Assembly (NCBI GenBank): GCA_945861415.1
Contig: CAMAUV010000003.1
Coordinates: 64,781-128,780, forward strand
DNA: 64,000 nucleotides
Direction of reading: 5' to 3'
Source: Akkermansia muciniphila
GTDB taxonomy: Bacteria; Verrucomicrobiota; Verrucomicrobiia; Verrucomicrobiales; V1-33
Part shown: positions 25,015-34,274 of the stretch, one piece after another
How positions within the stretch are numbered: the first letter of the stretch is position 1
How the letters are laid out: each line of letters begins with the position of its first letter
Notes under the pieces: model-generated
Seen by the model: only the letters and a program-made list of their open reading frames with translations
Databases searched by the model: none
Told to the model about the DNA's origin: nothing
Translations under genes and position numbers: made by a program

Positions 25015-25791
25015 TCAGCCAATGGGCTGCGTCAGCCTAGGACGTGGAGTCAGAATTTCGGCCCCATCCGCAGTGACGACCACCGTGTGCTCGAAGTGAG
25101 CACTGGGCTTGTGATCGCGCGTGACTGCAGTCCACCGGTCGCCCAGCACATTCACTTCGCTGACTCCCATGTTTACCATCGGCTCAATAGCGAGCACCAT
25201 GCCCGGCTCAAGACGCAGCTTGATCTTGCCGTTGTCGAAGTTCGGAACTTCCGGCTTTTCGTGAAGCTTGCGGCCCACTCCGTGACCCACGAATTGCTCG
25301 ACCACAGTGTAGCCGTAGCGCCTCACGAGCTTGTCCACACTGCCGCACAGATTGCGGAGCGGTTCCCCGGGGCGGGCATGACTGATGGCCACCTGCAGCG
25401 ACTCCTCCGTAACACGAATGAGCTGGTGCACCTCAGGACGGATCATGCCCACGGGCACAGTCGTCGCGTTATCCCCAATCCAGCCGTTCTTGATGATACC
25501 GACGTCAATTTTGACGATATCCCCGTGCTGGATCAGCCGGTCTGATCGGCCAATACCGTGCACCACCTCATGATTCAGCGAGATGCAAATCTGGCCGGGA
25601 AAGCTGCGGTAGCCAAGAAAAGCGCTCCGGCAGCCGAGATCACTCATGAACTGGGCGGCTCCGCGGTCGACCTCCAGGGTGCTGACCCCCGGCCGCACGA
25701 GCGCGGCGGTCAGACGCAAAACCTCCGCTGCGGTGTGGCCCGCCTCCCGAAGTCCATCAAGTTCGGCTCCCTTCCGGATGGGGACCTTCAT
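25015..25791 (-). CDS. map: Type I methionine aminopeptidase
   Basis: CISLNHEVVHGIG, DIVKIDVG, FVGHGVG, LAIEPM and HFEHTV metal-ligand blocks. The start overlaps the secY stop (ATGA). Confidence 0.9.
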   Translation of the reverse strand: MKVPIRKGAELDGLREAGHTAAEVLRLTAALVRPGVSTLEVDRGAAQFMSDLGCRSAFLGYRSFPGQICISLNHEVVHGIGRSDRLIQHGDIVKIDVGIIKNGWIGDNATTVPVGMIRPEVHQLIRVTEESLQVAISHARPGEPLRNLCGSVDKLVRRYGYTVVEQFVGHGVGRKLHEKPEVPNFDNGKIKLRLEPGMVLAIEPMVNMGVSEVNVLGDRWTAVTRDHKPSAHFEHTVVVTADGAEILTPRPRLTQPIG

Positions 25792-27332
25792 TTACTCTGC
25801 TCAGCGTTAGCAGCCCTCTTCTCTTTGACGGTTACCTGCTTATAAATGGCGGCAGAAATGCCCACGAGAATCAGCAGCGCGAGAACTGCGTAGAGCAGAA
25901 CCACACGGCTCGTATTGGCAGTGATGGACTCACGGGAGGTCCCGTCTCCTTCATAACGCCCGCGGATCCGGCCTTTGCGGAGGAATCCGTCATAATTCCG
26001 CTGGATCAGGTGAGTCTCAACCTGACGCATCAGATCCAGAAGCACGCCCACCAGAATCAAAATACTCGTACCGCCGAAGAATTGGGATGCCTGCGGGGGC
26101 AAAATATCGCGCCAGTAATACGTCATGACCTGAGGAATGATAGCGACGAAAGAGAGGAAGGAAGCGCCTGCAAATGTCAGGCGGCTCATTGTATGGTCAA
26201 GGAAGTCAGCTGTAGGCTTACCGGGCCGGATCCCCGGCACATAACCACCGCTCGATTTGAGATCTTCAGAAATTTGCGTAGGCTGAAACATGGTCGCCAC
26301 CCAAAAATACGCGAAGAAGAAAATCAGAACCAGTTCAATTCCCCAATAAATAGGTCCAGCACTGCCCATCAGGCTCTGGAAACTCATGACCCAGTCGGCA
26401 TCTGGCCAGAAGAGGCCAAGAATCATCGGGGGAAATCCAATAATGGCGGAGGCAAAAATGATCGGCATGACGCCGGAATAGTTCAGGCGAATAGGCAGGT
26501 GGGTGGATTGTCCCCCCATTACTTTTCGTCCGACCATACGCTTGGCATAGTTGATCGCGATCTTGCGTGTAGCTTGGGTGATGACGATAATGCCAGCAAC
26601 GCTGATGACGAAGAGACAAATCAAGCCCACAAGGATCATCGCCTTGGTCGGATCGCCTTCACGAATCAGATTCTTGAAGGTGTTCACCAGCGCGAAAGGC
26701 AACTCGGAGAGAATGTTGATCGAAATGATCAGTGAAGTTCCATTGCCAATTCCGCGTTCGGTAATCTGCTCACCCAGCCACATCAGGAACAGGGTGCCGG
26801 TGGTCATGATAATGACCGCCATGGTATAAAAGCCCCACGAGGGATTGCTTACCAGTTCCACGCCGGCCTTTTTGACATAAGCATCCATTCCTCCGAGGAA
26901 GAAGTTGCCCTCTGGGTTTACAAGGCCTTTGGCCATCATATAGCCCTGAACGATACAGAGCAGAATGGTGACATACCGGGTGTATTGCGTAATCTTTTGC
27001 CTGCCGCCGGCTTCCCTAGAGAGTTTGCTCAGCTTGGGCACCACCGCGGTTAGCAACTGCACCATGATGGAGGCGCTAATATAAGGCATGATGCCGAGAG
27101 CGAGGATGGAGCAAGAGGCGACCACGCCACCCGAGAACGCGGTGATCAGGCTGTTGAGCGCATTTCCGGCACCACGGTCCACATCGTCTAGGTAACCTTG
27201 CACCACAGCCGGATCAACGCCCGGCATAGTAATGGCCGCGCCAATGCGCACCACCGCCAGCATGGCGAGAGTGAAGAGCACACGGTGGCGAAGTTCGGGG
27301 ACCTTGAAGATATTGGCGAAGGCGGAAATCAT
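25788..27332 (-). CDS. secY: Preprotein translocase subunit SecY with a C-terminal extension
   Basis: Canonical SecY from MISAFANIFKVPELRHRVLFTL to ..LIQRNYDGFLRKGRIRGR, followed by about 55 extra residues. Sits in the spc-operon position. Confidence 0.95.
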   Translation of the reverse strand: MISAFANIFKVPELRHRVLFTLAMLAVVRIGAAITMPGVDPAVVQGYLDDVDRGAGNALNSLITAFSGGVVASCSILALGIMPYISASIMVQLLTAVVPKLSKLSREAGGRQKITQYTRYVTILLCIVQGYMMAKGLVNPEGNFFLGGMDAYVKKAGVELVSNPSWGFYTMAVIIMTTGTLFLMWLGEQITERGIGNGTSLIISINILSELPFALVNTFKNLIREGDPTKAMILVGLICLFVISVAGIIVITQATRKIAINYAKRMVGRKVMGGQSTHLPIRLNYSGVMPIIFASAIIGFPPMILGLFWPDADWVMSFQSLMGSAGPIYWGIELVLIFFFAYFWVATMFQPTQISEDLKSSGGYVPGIRPGKPTADFLDHTMSRLTFAGASFLSFVAIIPQVMTYYWRDILPPQASQFFGGTSILILVGVLLDLMRQVETHLIQRNYDGFLRKGRIRGRYEGDGTSRESITANTSRVVLLYAVLALLILVGISAAIYKQVTVKEKRAANAEQSK

Positions 27333-27384
27333 GATACTGTCGGGAAATAGTCGGTGCCGTTAAAAAGTGTCCTCAGTGATAAAA

Positions 27385-27414
27385 GGACGGGCGCAACATG
27401 AGTTGCGCCCGTCC
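27385..27414 (-). terminator. Terminator/attenuator-like hairpin between rplO and secY
   Basis: Perfect 13-bp inverted repeat GGACGGGCGCAAC-ATGA-GTTGCGCCCGTCC, 17 nt after the rplO stop. On the minus strand it is followed by TTTTATCACT. It lies 52 nt upstream of the secY start. Confidence 0.5.
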
Positions 27415-27431
27415 GCTCAAAGGTTGTCTGG

Positions 27432-27893
27432 TTATTTCGCGACCGGAGCGGGATCGACCACTTCCCCCCCCGCTTTCTCGATCTTTTCTCGGGCGGAGGC
27501 ACTTACTTTATTCACGTTTACCGTGAGCTTTTTCTTTAGTTCCCCGTTTCCGAGAATTTTGACGCCGTCATGAGCGCCCTTCACCAGTTTCAGCGCGCGC
27601 AAGGCGGCTTCGTTGACTTCGGCGCCATCTTCAAAGCGCTCATTCAAAGTAGAGACGTTGATGACAGCGTAACGAATTGCGAAGTCGATGTTGTTAAAGC
27701 CCTTCTTGGGAAGGCGCCGGTAGATTGGCATCTGGCCGCCTTCGAAGCCGTGACGGACGTTGGTGCCGGCGCGGGACTTTTGTCCTTTGTGGCCCTTGCC
27801 AGAGGTCTTGCCGTGACCGGAGCTTTCGCCGCAGCCAAGGCGCTTTACGCGGTGCTTAGCACCGGGGCGAGGAGCGAGTGTAGAGAGGTTCAT
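27432..27893 (-). CDS. rplO: 50S ribosomal protein L15
   Basis: MNLSTLAPRPGAKHRVKRLGCGESSGHGKTSGKGHKGQKSR. Operon position. ATG 27893 is preferred. Confidence 0.95.
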   Translation of the reverse strand: MNLSTLAPRPGAKHRVKRLGCGESSGHGKTSGKGHKGQKSRAGTNVRHGFEGGQMPIYRRLPKKGFNNIDFAIRYAVINVSTLNERFEDGAEVNEAALRALKLVKGAHDGVKILGNGELKKKLTVNVNKVSASAREKIEKAGGEVVDPAPVAK

Positions 27894-28020
27894 GGGTAAA
27901 TGGATTATTGATGGTTTGACTGACAATCCCGAGGGGACCGGAGGCTGCAAAGGGGAAAGGAATTCTTTTAACTTTCGCGCTTTAGAGGGTTCAGGCCATG
28001 AATGCGGCCAGTCCGGCGGT

Positions 28021-28551
28021 TTAGGGCTTGTCTGATTTGAGCTTTCCGCGGGCGCTCAGGAACTGCTCGCGGGTGCGGAGTTGAAGAAGCGCATCCAATG
28101 TAGCTTTCACCACATTGGCCGGGTTCTTAGACCCGAGGCTCTTAGCGAGGATATCCTTGACCCCGGCGGCTTCCACCACAGCACGGACGGCGCCGCCGGC
28201 GATGATTCCTGTTCCGGGGCTGGCTGGCTTGAGGAGCACGTGGCCGCCCCCAAACTCGCCCGTCACCTGATGGGGGATTGTGTTGTTGCGAAGGCTCACG
28301 CTCTGCAGCGCCTTGCGGGCGGCCTCGCTGGCTTTCTTGATGGCGTCGGATACTTCATTGGCTTTGCCGAAGCCGTAGCCAACGCGCCCCTGACGGTCGC
28401 CGGCAACAACCAGCGCCGAAAAGCTGAAACGGCGTCCGCCCTTCACAACTTTGGCGCACCGGTTGATGTGCACGACCTTCTCGGCCATGTCAGGACGGTC
28501 AGAGCCGGAGAAGCCCTGAACGGTATCGGTAGTAACTGTTTCTGTGGACAT
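28021..28551 (-). CDS. rpsE: 30S ribosomal protein S5
   Basis: [42 protein letters not shown]. Operon position. Confidence 0.95.
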   Translation of the reverse strand: MSTETVTTDTVQGFSGSDRPDMAEKVVHINRCAKVVKGGRRFSFSALVVAGDRQGRVGYGFGKANEVSDAIKKASEAARKALQSVSLRNNTIPHQVTGEFGGGHVLLKPASPGTGIIAGGAVRAVVEAAGVKDILAKSLGSKNPANVVKATLDALLQLRTREQFLSARGKLKSDKP

Positions 28552-28561
28552 GGTGAGATGA

Positions 28562-28912
28562 TTAGAATTGGAGACCGGCAGTACGGGCAGCGTCGGCCAG
28601 AGCCTTCACTTTGCCATGATAGATATGGCCGCCACGGTCGAACACAACGTTCTCGATGCCTGCCGATTTCGCACGTTCTGCGACAATCTGGCCGACTTTG
28701 ATGGCGCTGGCGATGGTGGCTCCACTGCCCACGCCTTCGACGTGAGTGCTGGCACTGGCTACGGTGACTCCCTTTACGTCGTCAATCACCTGAGCATAGA
28801 CATGCTGATTCGAGAAGTGAACGGCGAGGCGGGGGCGGGCTTGAGTGCCCAGCACCTTGCGGCGAATACGTTTGTGGATCCGTTGACGGATTTCTTTGCG
28901 TTTAATGGTCAT
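28562..28912 (-). CDS. rplR: 50S ribosomal protein L18
   Basis: [20 protein letters not shown]...[23 protein letters not shown] 28912 is preferred over tracked 29050. Confidence 0.95.
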   Translation of the reverse strand: MTIKRKEIRQRIHKRIRRKVLGTQARPRLAVHFSNQHVYAQVIDDVKGVTVASASTHVEGVGSGATIASAIKVGQIVAERAKSAGIENVVFDRGGHIYHGKVKALADAARTAGLQF

Positions 28913-28943
28913 TTGCCAAAAAGAGGTTGGTGTTCTTAAGCGG

Positions 28944-29480
28944 TTACTTGACCTTCTTGCCTTCCTTGCGGCGGATCTGTTCACCAGCATAGCGGACTCC
29001 CTTCGCCTTGTAGGGCTCAGGACGATAGTAATTGCGGACGTCGGCGGCAAACTGGCCCACGCGCTGCTTGTCGATCCCCTCGACCTTGATCTTGGTGTTA
29101 TCCGTAACGGTCACCTTGATATCGGAAGGAATGGGGTGAAGCAGCGGGTGGCTGTATCCGAGCGAGAGGTCGAGGGCACTGCCCTTAACCGAAGCACGAA
29201 AGCCGGTGCCGTGAATTTCGAGATCTTTGACGTAGCCTTCGCTGACGCCCTTGATCATGTTGCCAACTAGGCGCTGGCTGGTGCCGTGGAGCGCCTTCTG
29301 GAAACGGTCTTCTCCGGAACGGCTGAAGGTCAATGTGCTGCCTTCCGTCTTCATGGTGATGCCGGCGGGCAATTTGTGGCTCAGATTGCCCTTAGGGCCT
29401 TCCACCGTGATGTTACCATCGTCGTTTTTGATGGTGACCTTGGCGGGGAGGATGATGGATTTGTTACCTACTCGAGACAT
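28944..29480 (-). CDS. rplF: 50S ribosomal protein L6
   Basis: [18 protein letters not shown]...[22 protein letters not shown] 29480 is preferred. Confidence 0.95.
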   Translation of the reverse strand: MSRVGNKSIILPAKVTIKNDDGNITVEGPKGNLSHKLPAGITMKTEGSTLTFSRSGEDRFQKALHGTSQRLVGNMIKGVSEGYVKDLEIHGTGFRASVKGSALDLSLGYSHPLLHPIPSDIKVTVTDNTKIKVEGIDKQRVGQFAADVRNYYRPEPYKAKGVRYAGEQIRRKEGKKVK

Positions 29481-29502
29481 GGTGTCGATTTGCGTTGGGG
29501 GG

Positions 29503-29901
29503 TTACCAAACGATGGCGAGAAGCTCACCGCCTACGCGCTGCTTCTTGGCCTGCGAGCCGGACATCACGCCGCGGCTGGTGGAGAGAATGGCAATGCCGA
29601 GGCCACCCAGCACACGGGGGATTTCATCCACCTGCACATATTGACGGCGACCAGGCTTGCTGACGCGCTTCACTTCGGTGACGACGGCGCGGGTTCCTGT
29701 GAACTTGTTCTTCACCTTGATGACCGGGTGGGCACCAGTGGTGTCGACTTCGTAGGACCAGATATAACCCTCCTCTTGGAGGATTCGGGCGAGTTCCGCC
29801 TTGAGGCGGGAAAACGGTGCAGAGAACTCCTCTTTGCGTGCCCGGCTGGCATTCTTCCAGCGGGTGAGGAAATCGGAAACGGGATCGGAAAGTGCGGCCA
29901 T
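29503..29901 (-). CDS. rpsH: 30S ribosomal protein S8
   Basis: DPVSDFLTRWKNASRARK...ILSTSRGVMSGSQAKKQRVGGELLAIVW. Confidence 0.95.
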   Translation of the reverse strand: MAALSDPVSDFLTRWKNASRARKEEFSAPFSRLKAELARILQEEGYIWSYEVDTTGAHPVIKVKNKFTGTRAVVTEVKRVSKPGRRQYVQVDEIPRVLGGLGIAILSTSRGVMSGSQAKKQRVGGELLAIVW

Positions 29902-29933
29902 AGTCGCGGAGACGGATAGTTGTTCGGTAGGGT

Positions 29934-30515
29934 TTATGCGGCGGCCTGATCCAGCTTCGTCGATGCAGGCTTGCTATCGCGGAAGGGCATGCCCATAGCG
30001 CGCAGCAGTTCACGGCCGGCGTCATTGTCGTTAGCGGTGGTGACAATACAAATGTCGAAGCCCAACTGGCGCTTCACTTTGTCGATTTCGATTTCAGGGA
30101 AGATGGACTGATCGGAAATACCAAGGGTGTAGTTTCCGCTGCCGTCAAAGGCCTTTAGGCTGACGCCGCGGAAGTCACGAACCACGGGCAGCGCCATTTT
30201 GATCAGACGCTCGAGGAATTCCCACATCATCTTCCCGCGCAGTGTCACCTTGACGCCGAGAGGTTCACCCTGACGGAGCTTGAAGTTGGAAATCGCCTTG
30301 CGGGATTTGGTGATGATAGGCTTTTGTCCTGTAATGGTGCGGACGTCATTAACGGCGTCCTCGACAGCCTGCTTGCGGTCCGCAGCTTTACCGAAGGAGC
30401 AGTTCACGACAATCTTTTCGATCTTCGGCACCTGATGGATATTGGTGACACCAAGCTTCTCCTTGAGAACCGGAATCACGTTATTAAGATAGTGTATTTT
30501 GAGAGCGGGTTCCAT
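29934..30515 (-). CDS. rplE: 50S ribosomal protein L5
   Basis: NIHQVPKIEKIVVNCSFG...VRDFRGVS..FDGSGNYTLGI. Confidence 0.95.
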   Translation of the reverse strand: MEPALKIHYLNNVIPVLKEKLGVTNIHQVPKIEKIVVNCSFGKAADRKQAVEDAVNDVRTITGQKPIITKSRKAISNFKLRQGEPLGVKVTLRGKMMWEFLERLIKMALPVVRDFRGVSLKAFDGSGNYTLGISDQSIFPEIEIDKVKRQLGFDICIVTTANDNDAGRELLRAMGMPFRDSKPASTKLDQAAA

Positions 30516-30536
30516 AACCGGACGATGGGTGAGAGG

Positions 30537-30824
30537 TTAGGATTTATTTTTTTTGGCTCTGGCCGGCGCTTTTTTCTCCTTCGCAGGAGCTTCGGATAGG
30601 CGGACCTTGGAGAGATTGATGGGACCTTCGCTCTCAATAATTCCCCCCTGAGGGTTGTTTTGAGAAGCGCGTTTGTGCTTTTTGATCATTCGCAGTCCTT
30701 CGACAATCACGGTGCCCTTTTTCGGGGAAACCGCGAGTACTTTGCCGGACTTACCCTTGATGGACTCGTGACCGGAAATGACCGTCACATTGTCGCCTTT
30801 TTTGACGTGAGCTTTGCTTGGCAT
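30537..30824 (-). CDS. rplX: 50S ribosomal protein L24
   Basis: KOW motif [26 protein letters not shown]. Operon position. Confidence 0.95.
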   Translation of the reverse strand: MPSKAHVKKGDNVTVISGHESIKGKSGKVLAVSPKKGTVIVEGLRMIKKHKRASQNNPQGGIIESEGPINLSKVRLSEAPAKEKKAPARAKKNKS

Positions 30825-30827
30825 GGC

Positions 30828-31193
30828 TTACAGAACCTCCGGTGCGAGGGAAATGATTTTCATGAAGTTCCTGTCACGCAGCTCGCGGGCCACCGGCCCA
30901 AAGATGCGTGTTCCTTTCGGATTCTGGTCCTTGTCGATCACAACGATGGCGTTGCTGTCGAACCTGAGGACACTTCCGTCATCACGGCGGATGGGGAATT
31001 TTGTGCGGACGACAACGGCTTTGACGACCTCTCCTTTTTTGACGCTGCCGGTGGGACTGGCTTCACGGATGTGTGCCGTGATGATATCGCCGATCACGGC
31101 AACGCGCGAGCGTTTACCGAGAACGCCAATCATCTTAGCAACACGGGCTCCCGTGTTGTCAGCCACCTGCACCTTGGATTCCATTTGAATCAT
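30828..31193 (-). CDS. rplN: 50S ribosomal protein L14
   Basis: [22 protein letters not shown]...[24 protein letters not shown]. Confidence 0.95.
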   Translation of the reverse strand: MIQMESKVQVADNTGARVAKMIGVLGKRSRVAVIGDIITAHIREASPTGSVKKGEVVKAVVVRTKFPIRRDDGSVLRFDSNAIVVIDKDQNPKGTRIFGPVARELRDRNFMKIISLAPEVL

Positions 31194-31238
31194 GGTAATA
31201 TATAGTTGGGATGTGGTTTGGCTTTCGAGTGAAAGAAA

Positions 31239-31517
31239 TTAGTGCTTCAGCACCTCGACGAGGCGCCAGCGTTTGAGTTTGCTGAGGGGACGGCATTCCA
31301 CGACGCGGACACGATCGCCGACTTTGGCTTCGTTTTTCTCGTCCTCGGCGTAAAGCTTGGTGGTCTTCTTGATGATTTTGCCGAATTTAGGGTGCGGCAC
31401 GCGGCGGACCACGCCAACGACGATGGTTTTGTCCATCTTGTCGGAGACGACAACGCCGACGCGGCTTTTGCGGCGGCCACGGTCAGCGGCGGGTGAATTG
31501 GAAGCGTTTTCGGACAT
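31239..31517 (-). CDS. rpsQ: 30S ribosomal protein S17
   Basis: [45 protein letters not shown]. Confidence 0.95.
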   Translation of the reverse strand: MSENASNSPAADRGRRKSRVGVVVSDKMDKTIVVGVVRRVPHPKFGKIIKKTTKLYAEDEKNEAKVGDRVRVVECRPLSKLKRWRLVEVLKH

Positions 31518-31550
31518 GGGAATGATTCCTTGGAAAAGTTAGCAGCGCGA

Positions 31551-31760
31551 TTATTTCGCAGCGGCCGCCTTCTTCGCAGCCAGTTCGTTGATGACAGTTT
31601 CAATGCGGGCGACCGAACGGCGGAGCACCCTGATGCGGGCAGGATTCTCTAACTGACCGCTCTTTTGCTGAATGCGGAGATTGAGCATCTCCTGCTTCAT
31701 GCTGCGGCGGGCGTCGGCGAGGTCCCCCACCGACTTGGCGCGAATGTCTTTGATCTTCAT
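31551..31760 (-). CDS. rpmC: 50S ribosomal protein L29
   Basis: 69 aa, MKIKDIRAKSVGDL..LNLRIQQKSGQLENPARIRVLRRSVARI. Confidence 0.95.
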   Translation of the reverse strand: MKIKDIRAKSVGDLADARRSMKQEMLNLRIQQKSGQLENPARIRVLRRSVARIETVINELAAKKAAAAK

Positions 31761-31781
31761 GGCAGTATCGGAAAGAGTGGG

Positions 31782-32201
31782 TTAGGCGTTAGCGGAACGG
31801 CGGACGAAGCGGCAGGGCACTCCGAGTTTGGCTGCCGCGAGTCGGAAGGATTCCTTGGCAAGGGATTCGGGCACACCGGCAACTTCGAAGAGCATATTGC
31901 CCGGACGCACCACGGCGACCCAGAACTCAGGAGCACCTTTTCCTTTGCCCATCCGGGTTTCCGGCGGTCGGGCCGTTACTGGCTTGTGAGGGAAAATACG
32001 GATGAAGACCTTGCCCTTACGCTTGAGGTTACGGGTGATGGCCACCCGGCAGGCCTCGATCTGGTTGTTTTTGATCCATCCGCGACCGAGGACTTGGAGT
32101 CCGTATTCGCCAAAGGCGACGGTTGTCCCGGTTTGGGCATTGCCGGAACGGCTGCCACGGTGGGACTTGCGGTATTTAACTCGACTGGGAAGCATCGCCA
32201 T
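31782..32201 (-). CDS. rplP: 50S ribosomal protein L16
   Basis: [18 protein letters not shown]...[21 protein letters not shown]. Confidence 0.95.
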   Translation of the reverse strand: MAMLPSRVKYRKSHRGSRSGNAQTGTTVAFGEYGLQVLGRGWIKNNQIEACRVAITRNLKRKGKVFIRIFPHKPVTARPPETRMGKGKGAPEFWVAVVRPGNMLFEVAGVPESLAKESFRLAAAKLGVPCRFVRRSANA

Positions 32202-32247
32202 AACTTATCGGACTGGCTTGAGATTAGATTGGAAGGGTGAGAATGAA

Positions 32248-33081
32248 TTATTGGGCTGAAGGCTCCTCGGCGGGCGCAGGGGCTGTTACTGCCGGTGCAG
32301 GGGCTGTTACTGCCGGTGCAGGGGCACCGGGACCACGGCCACGGCCGGGGCCACCGCGGCCTCTGCCGCCACCGGGACCGCCGCGACGGTCACCGTCTTT
32401 GCGATCGCCGCGCGGGGCGCGACGGGCTTGCTGGCTGGCCTGGACTTCGCCTTCCGCGTTAACCACACGATTGACCCAGCACTTGATGCCGATTCGACCA
32501 TAAACGGTATGTGCCTCGCAGAATCCGTAGTCAAGCGGCGTGCGCAGTGTTTGGAGAGGCACTTTGCCTTCGCGATACCACTCAGCACGGGCGATGTCTG
32601 CACCACCGAGCCGGCCGGCGACGCGGATCTTAATGCCGAGGGCTCCGAATTCCATGGAAGTCTGGACGGCGCGCTTCATGGCGCGGCGGAAGGAAATACG
32701 GCGCTCAAGCTGCACGGCCACGTTTTCAGCAACCAGTTGGGCGTCGAGTTCAGGGCTCTTGATTTCAAAAATATCGATTTTGACCACCTTGCCCCCGGAC
32801 ATTTTGCTGATGTCGGCGTTCATCACGTCGATTTCCGCGCCGCGCTTGCCAATCACCAGACCCGGACGGGCCGTGAAAAGGGTAACACGGATGCTGTTCC
32901 ATGCACGTTCAATGACGATCCGGGAAACTGCGGCAAACTGGAGTTTGCTCTTCAGATATTGACGAATCTTGATGTCGCTGTGCAGGTACTCGGGAAACTC
33001 CTGACGTCCTGCGAACCACTTCGAGCGCCAGTCTTTGTTAACGGCGAGGCGGAAACCAATCGGATTTACTTTTTGTCCCAT
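32248..33081 (-). CDS. rpsC: 30S ribosomal protein S3 with an RGG/Pro-Ala-rich C-terminal tail
   Basis: MGQKVNPIGFRLAVNKDWRSKWF, KH and S3-C domains, then a roughly 65-aa tail. Confidence 0.95.
   Translation of the reverse strand: MGQKVNPIGFRLAVNKDWRSKWFAGRQEFPEYLHSDIKIRQYLKSKLQFAAVSRIVIERAWNSIRVTLFTARPGLVIGKRGAEIDVMNADISKMSGGKVVKIDIFEIKSPELDAQLVAENVAVQLERRISFRRAMKRAVQTSMEFGALGIKIRVAGRLGGADIARAEWYREGKVPLQTLRTPLDYGFCEAHTVYGRIGIKCWVNRVVNAEGEVQASQQARRAPRGDRKDGDRRGGPGGGRGRGGPGRGRGPGAPAPAVTAPAPAVTAPAPAEEPSAQ
32276..32324. repeat. 21-bp tandem repeat (2 copies plus a partial third) inside the rpsC tail
   Basis: GCAGGGGCTGTTACTGCCGGT occurs at 32276-32296 and 32297-32317, then GCAGGGG. On the minus strand it encodes APAPAVT-APAPAVT-APAPA. 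Confidence 0.9.
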
Positions 33082-33113
33082 AAAGAAAATTGAGGCGGAT
33101 TGAAGGGGTCTGA

Positions 33114-33458
33114 TTACTCGGCGGATTTTCCGTCGGAGACGACCACAAGAATGTGGGAGGAAGGTTTGCGGATGGGGTTGGCGGAGCCGCGGGCCATCGG
33201 TTTGATGCGCTTTTGGACAGGACCGGTGTTGGCGACGGCTGTCTTTACGAAAAGGCTGTCGACACTAAGGTCGTGGTTGTGCTCAGCGTTGGCCACTGCG
33301 GACTTGAGTGTCTTGCTAAAGAGGTGGGCGGCCTTTTTCGGTGTGAAGTTCAGGATATTGAGAGCTGCCGAGACAGGCAAACCTTGGATTTCCATGGCTA
33401 CTTGGCGCGCTTTGAGCGGCGAGATGCGGGCGTATTTGGTAAGGGCTCGTACTTCCAT
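33114..33458 (-). CDS. rplV: 50S ribosomal protein L22
   Basis: MEVRALTKYARISPLKARQVAMEIQG...RIKPMARGSANPIRKPSSHILVVV. Confidence 0.95.
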   Translation of the reverse strand: MEVRALTKYARISPLKARQVAMEIQGLPVSAALNILNFTPKKAAHLFSKTLKSAVANAEHNHDLSVDSLFVKTAVANTGPVQKRIKPMARGSANPIRKPSSHILVVVSDGKSAE

Positions 33459-33476
33459 GATGTGCGGGCAGTAAAT

Positions 33477-34262
33477 TTACTGTTTAGGAGATGGGTTGGT
33501 AACTTCTGGCTTCACGGCGTCGCCTGCGCGCAGGGCGGTAGCGACTGAACCGGTAATGAGCAAACCGCTGATGCGGTCGCGGACATCGACGATAAGACCG
33601 TTGGCAATAGAACGGTCGGCACGGACAACGCGCAAAGGGATGCCCATGCGCACTCCAGACTGGCGCCCGACATTGATCACGGCCAGCCCAATGTCGGGCT
33701 TGTAGGAGACCACACGGGCGGCTTCAAGAGAAACTGCATCCCCGGAAGTACTCTTTTTAACGGAAACAACGTTTTTGATAGCCTCTTCCAAGCCACCTTT
33801 GAGAGGTGCAGAGCCAGGGTTGGACATATGGGCCGCCGCGGCTTCTGCCAGACGGCTACTTTTTTCTGCGAGATCGAGGCGATCTTTTTCAGTGGCCCGA
33901 AGATCGGCCACGGCTTTCAGTAAACGCTGCTGGAGAGAACGCTCGTCGCCTTTAATGGCGGCGACACCGATCGCTTCCATTTGCAGTTTCAGTTGTTCGT
34001 AGTGCTCGCGCAGTGTTTCCAGTTCAAGGTTGGATGTAGCCAGTGCTTCGCACACCGAAACGAAGCGCTTTTGCTCCTCACCGGAAACGGCCTGAGTTTC
34101 TACCGGCGTGGAGGCAGGTTTGGTCGTTACCTCGGCTGTCGGCAGGGGCGCTCCCGGAAGCAAAATCTCGTCCTTAGGCTGCTGCGCTATCGACAAATCA
34201 GCCCATGCCACTGCGAGAGCAGCGGAAACACAGATTGAGATTTTGACGATAGACGAACGCAT
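33477..34262 (-). CDS. Hypothetical exported coiled-coil protein inserted between rpsS and rplV
   Basis: 261-aa ORF on the same strand as the operon, with 12-nt and 18-nt spacers to its neighbours. It has N-terminal MRSSIVKISICVSAALAVAWA, a long L/E/A/K-rich helical segment and a C-terminal beta-rich block (AVINVGRQSGVRMGIPLRVVR..GLIVDVRDRISGLLI). No family recognised. Confidence 0.7.
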   Translation of the reverse strand: MRSSIVKISICVSAALAVAWADLSIAQQPKDEILLPGAPLPTAEVTTKPASTPVETQAVSGEEQKRFVSVCEALATSNLELETLREHYEQLKLQMEAIGVAAIKGDERSLQQRLLKAVADLRATEKDRLDLAEKSSRLAEAAAAHMSNPGSAPLKGGLEEAIKNVVSVKKSTSGDAVSLEAARVVSYKPDIGLAVINVGRQSGVRMGIPLRVVRADRSIANGLIVDVRDRISGLLITGSVATALRAGDAVKPEVTNPSPKQ

Positions 34263-34274
34263 GAAGGAAAAGTT

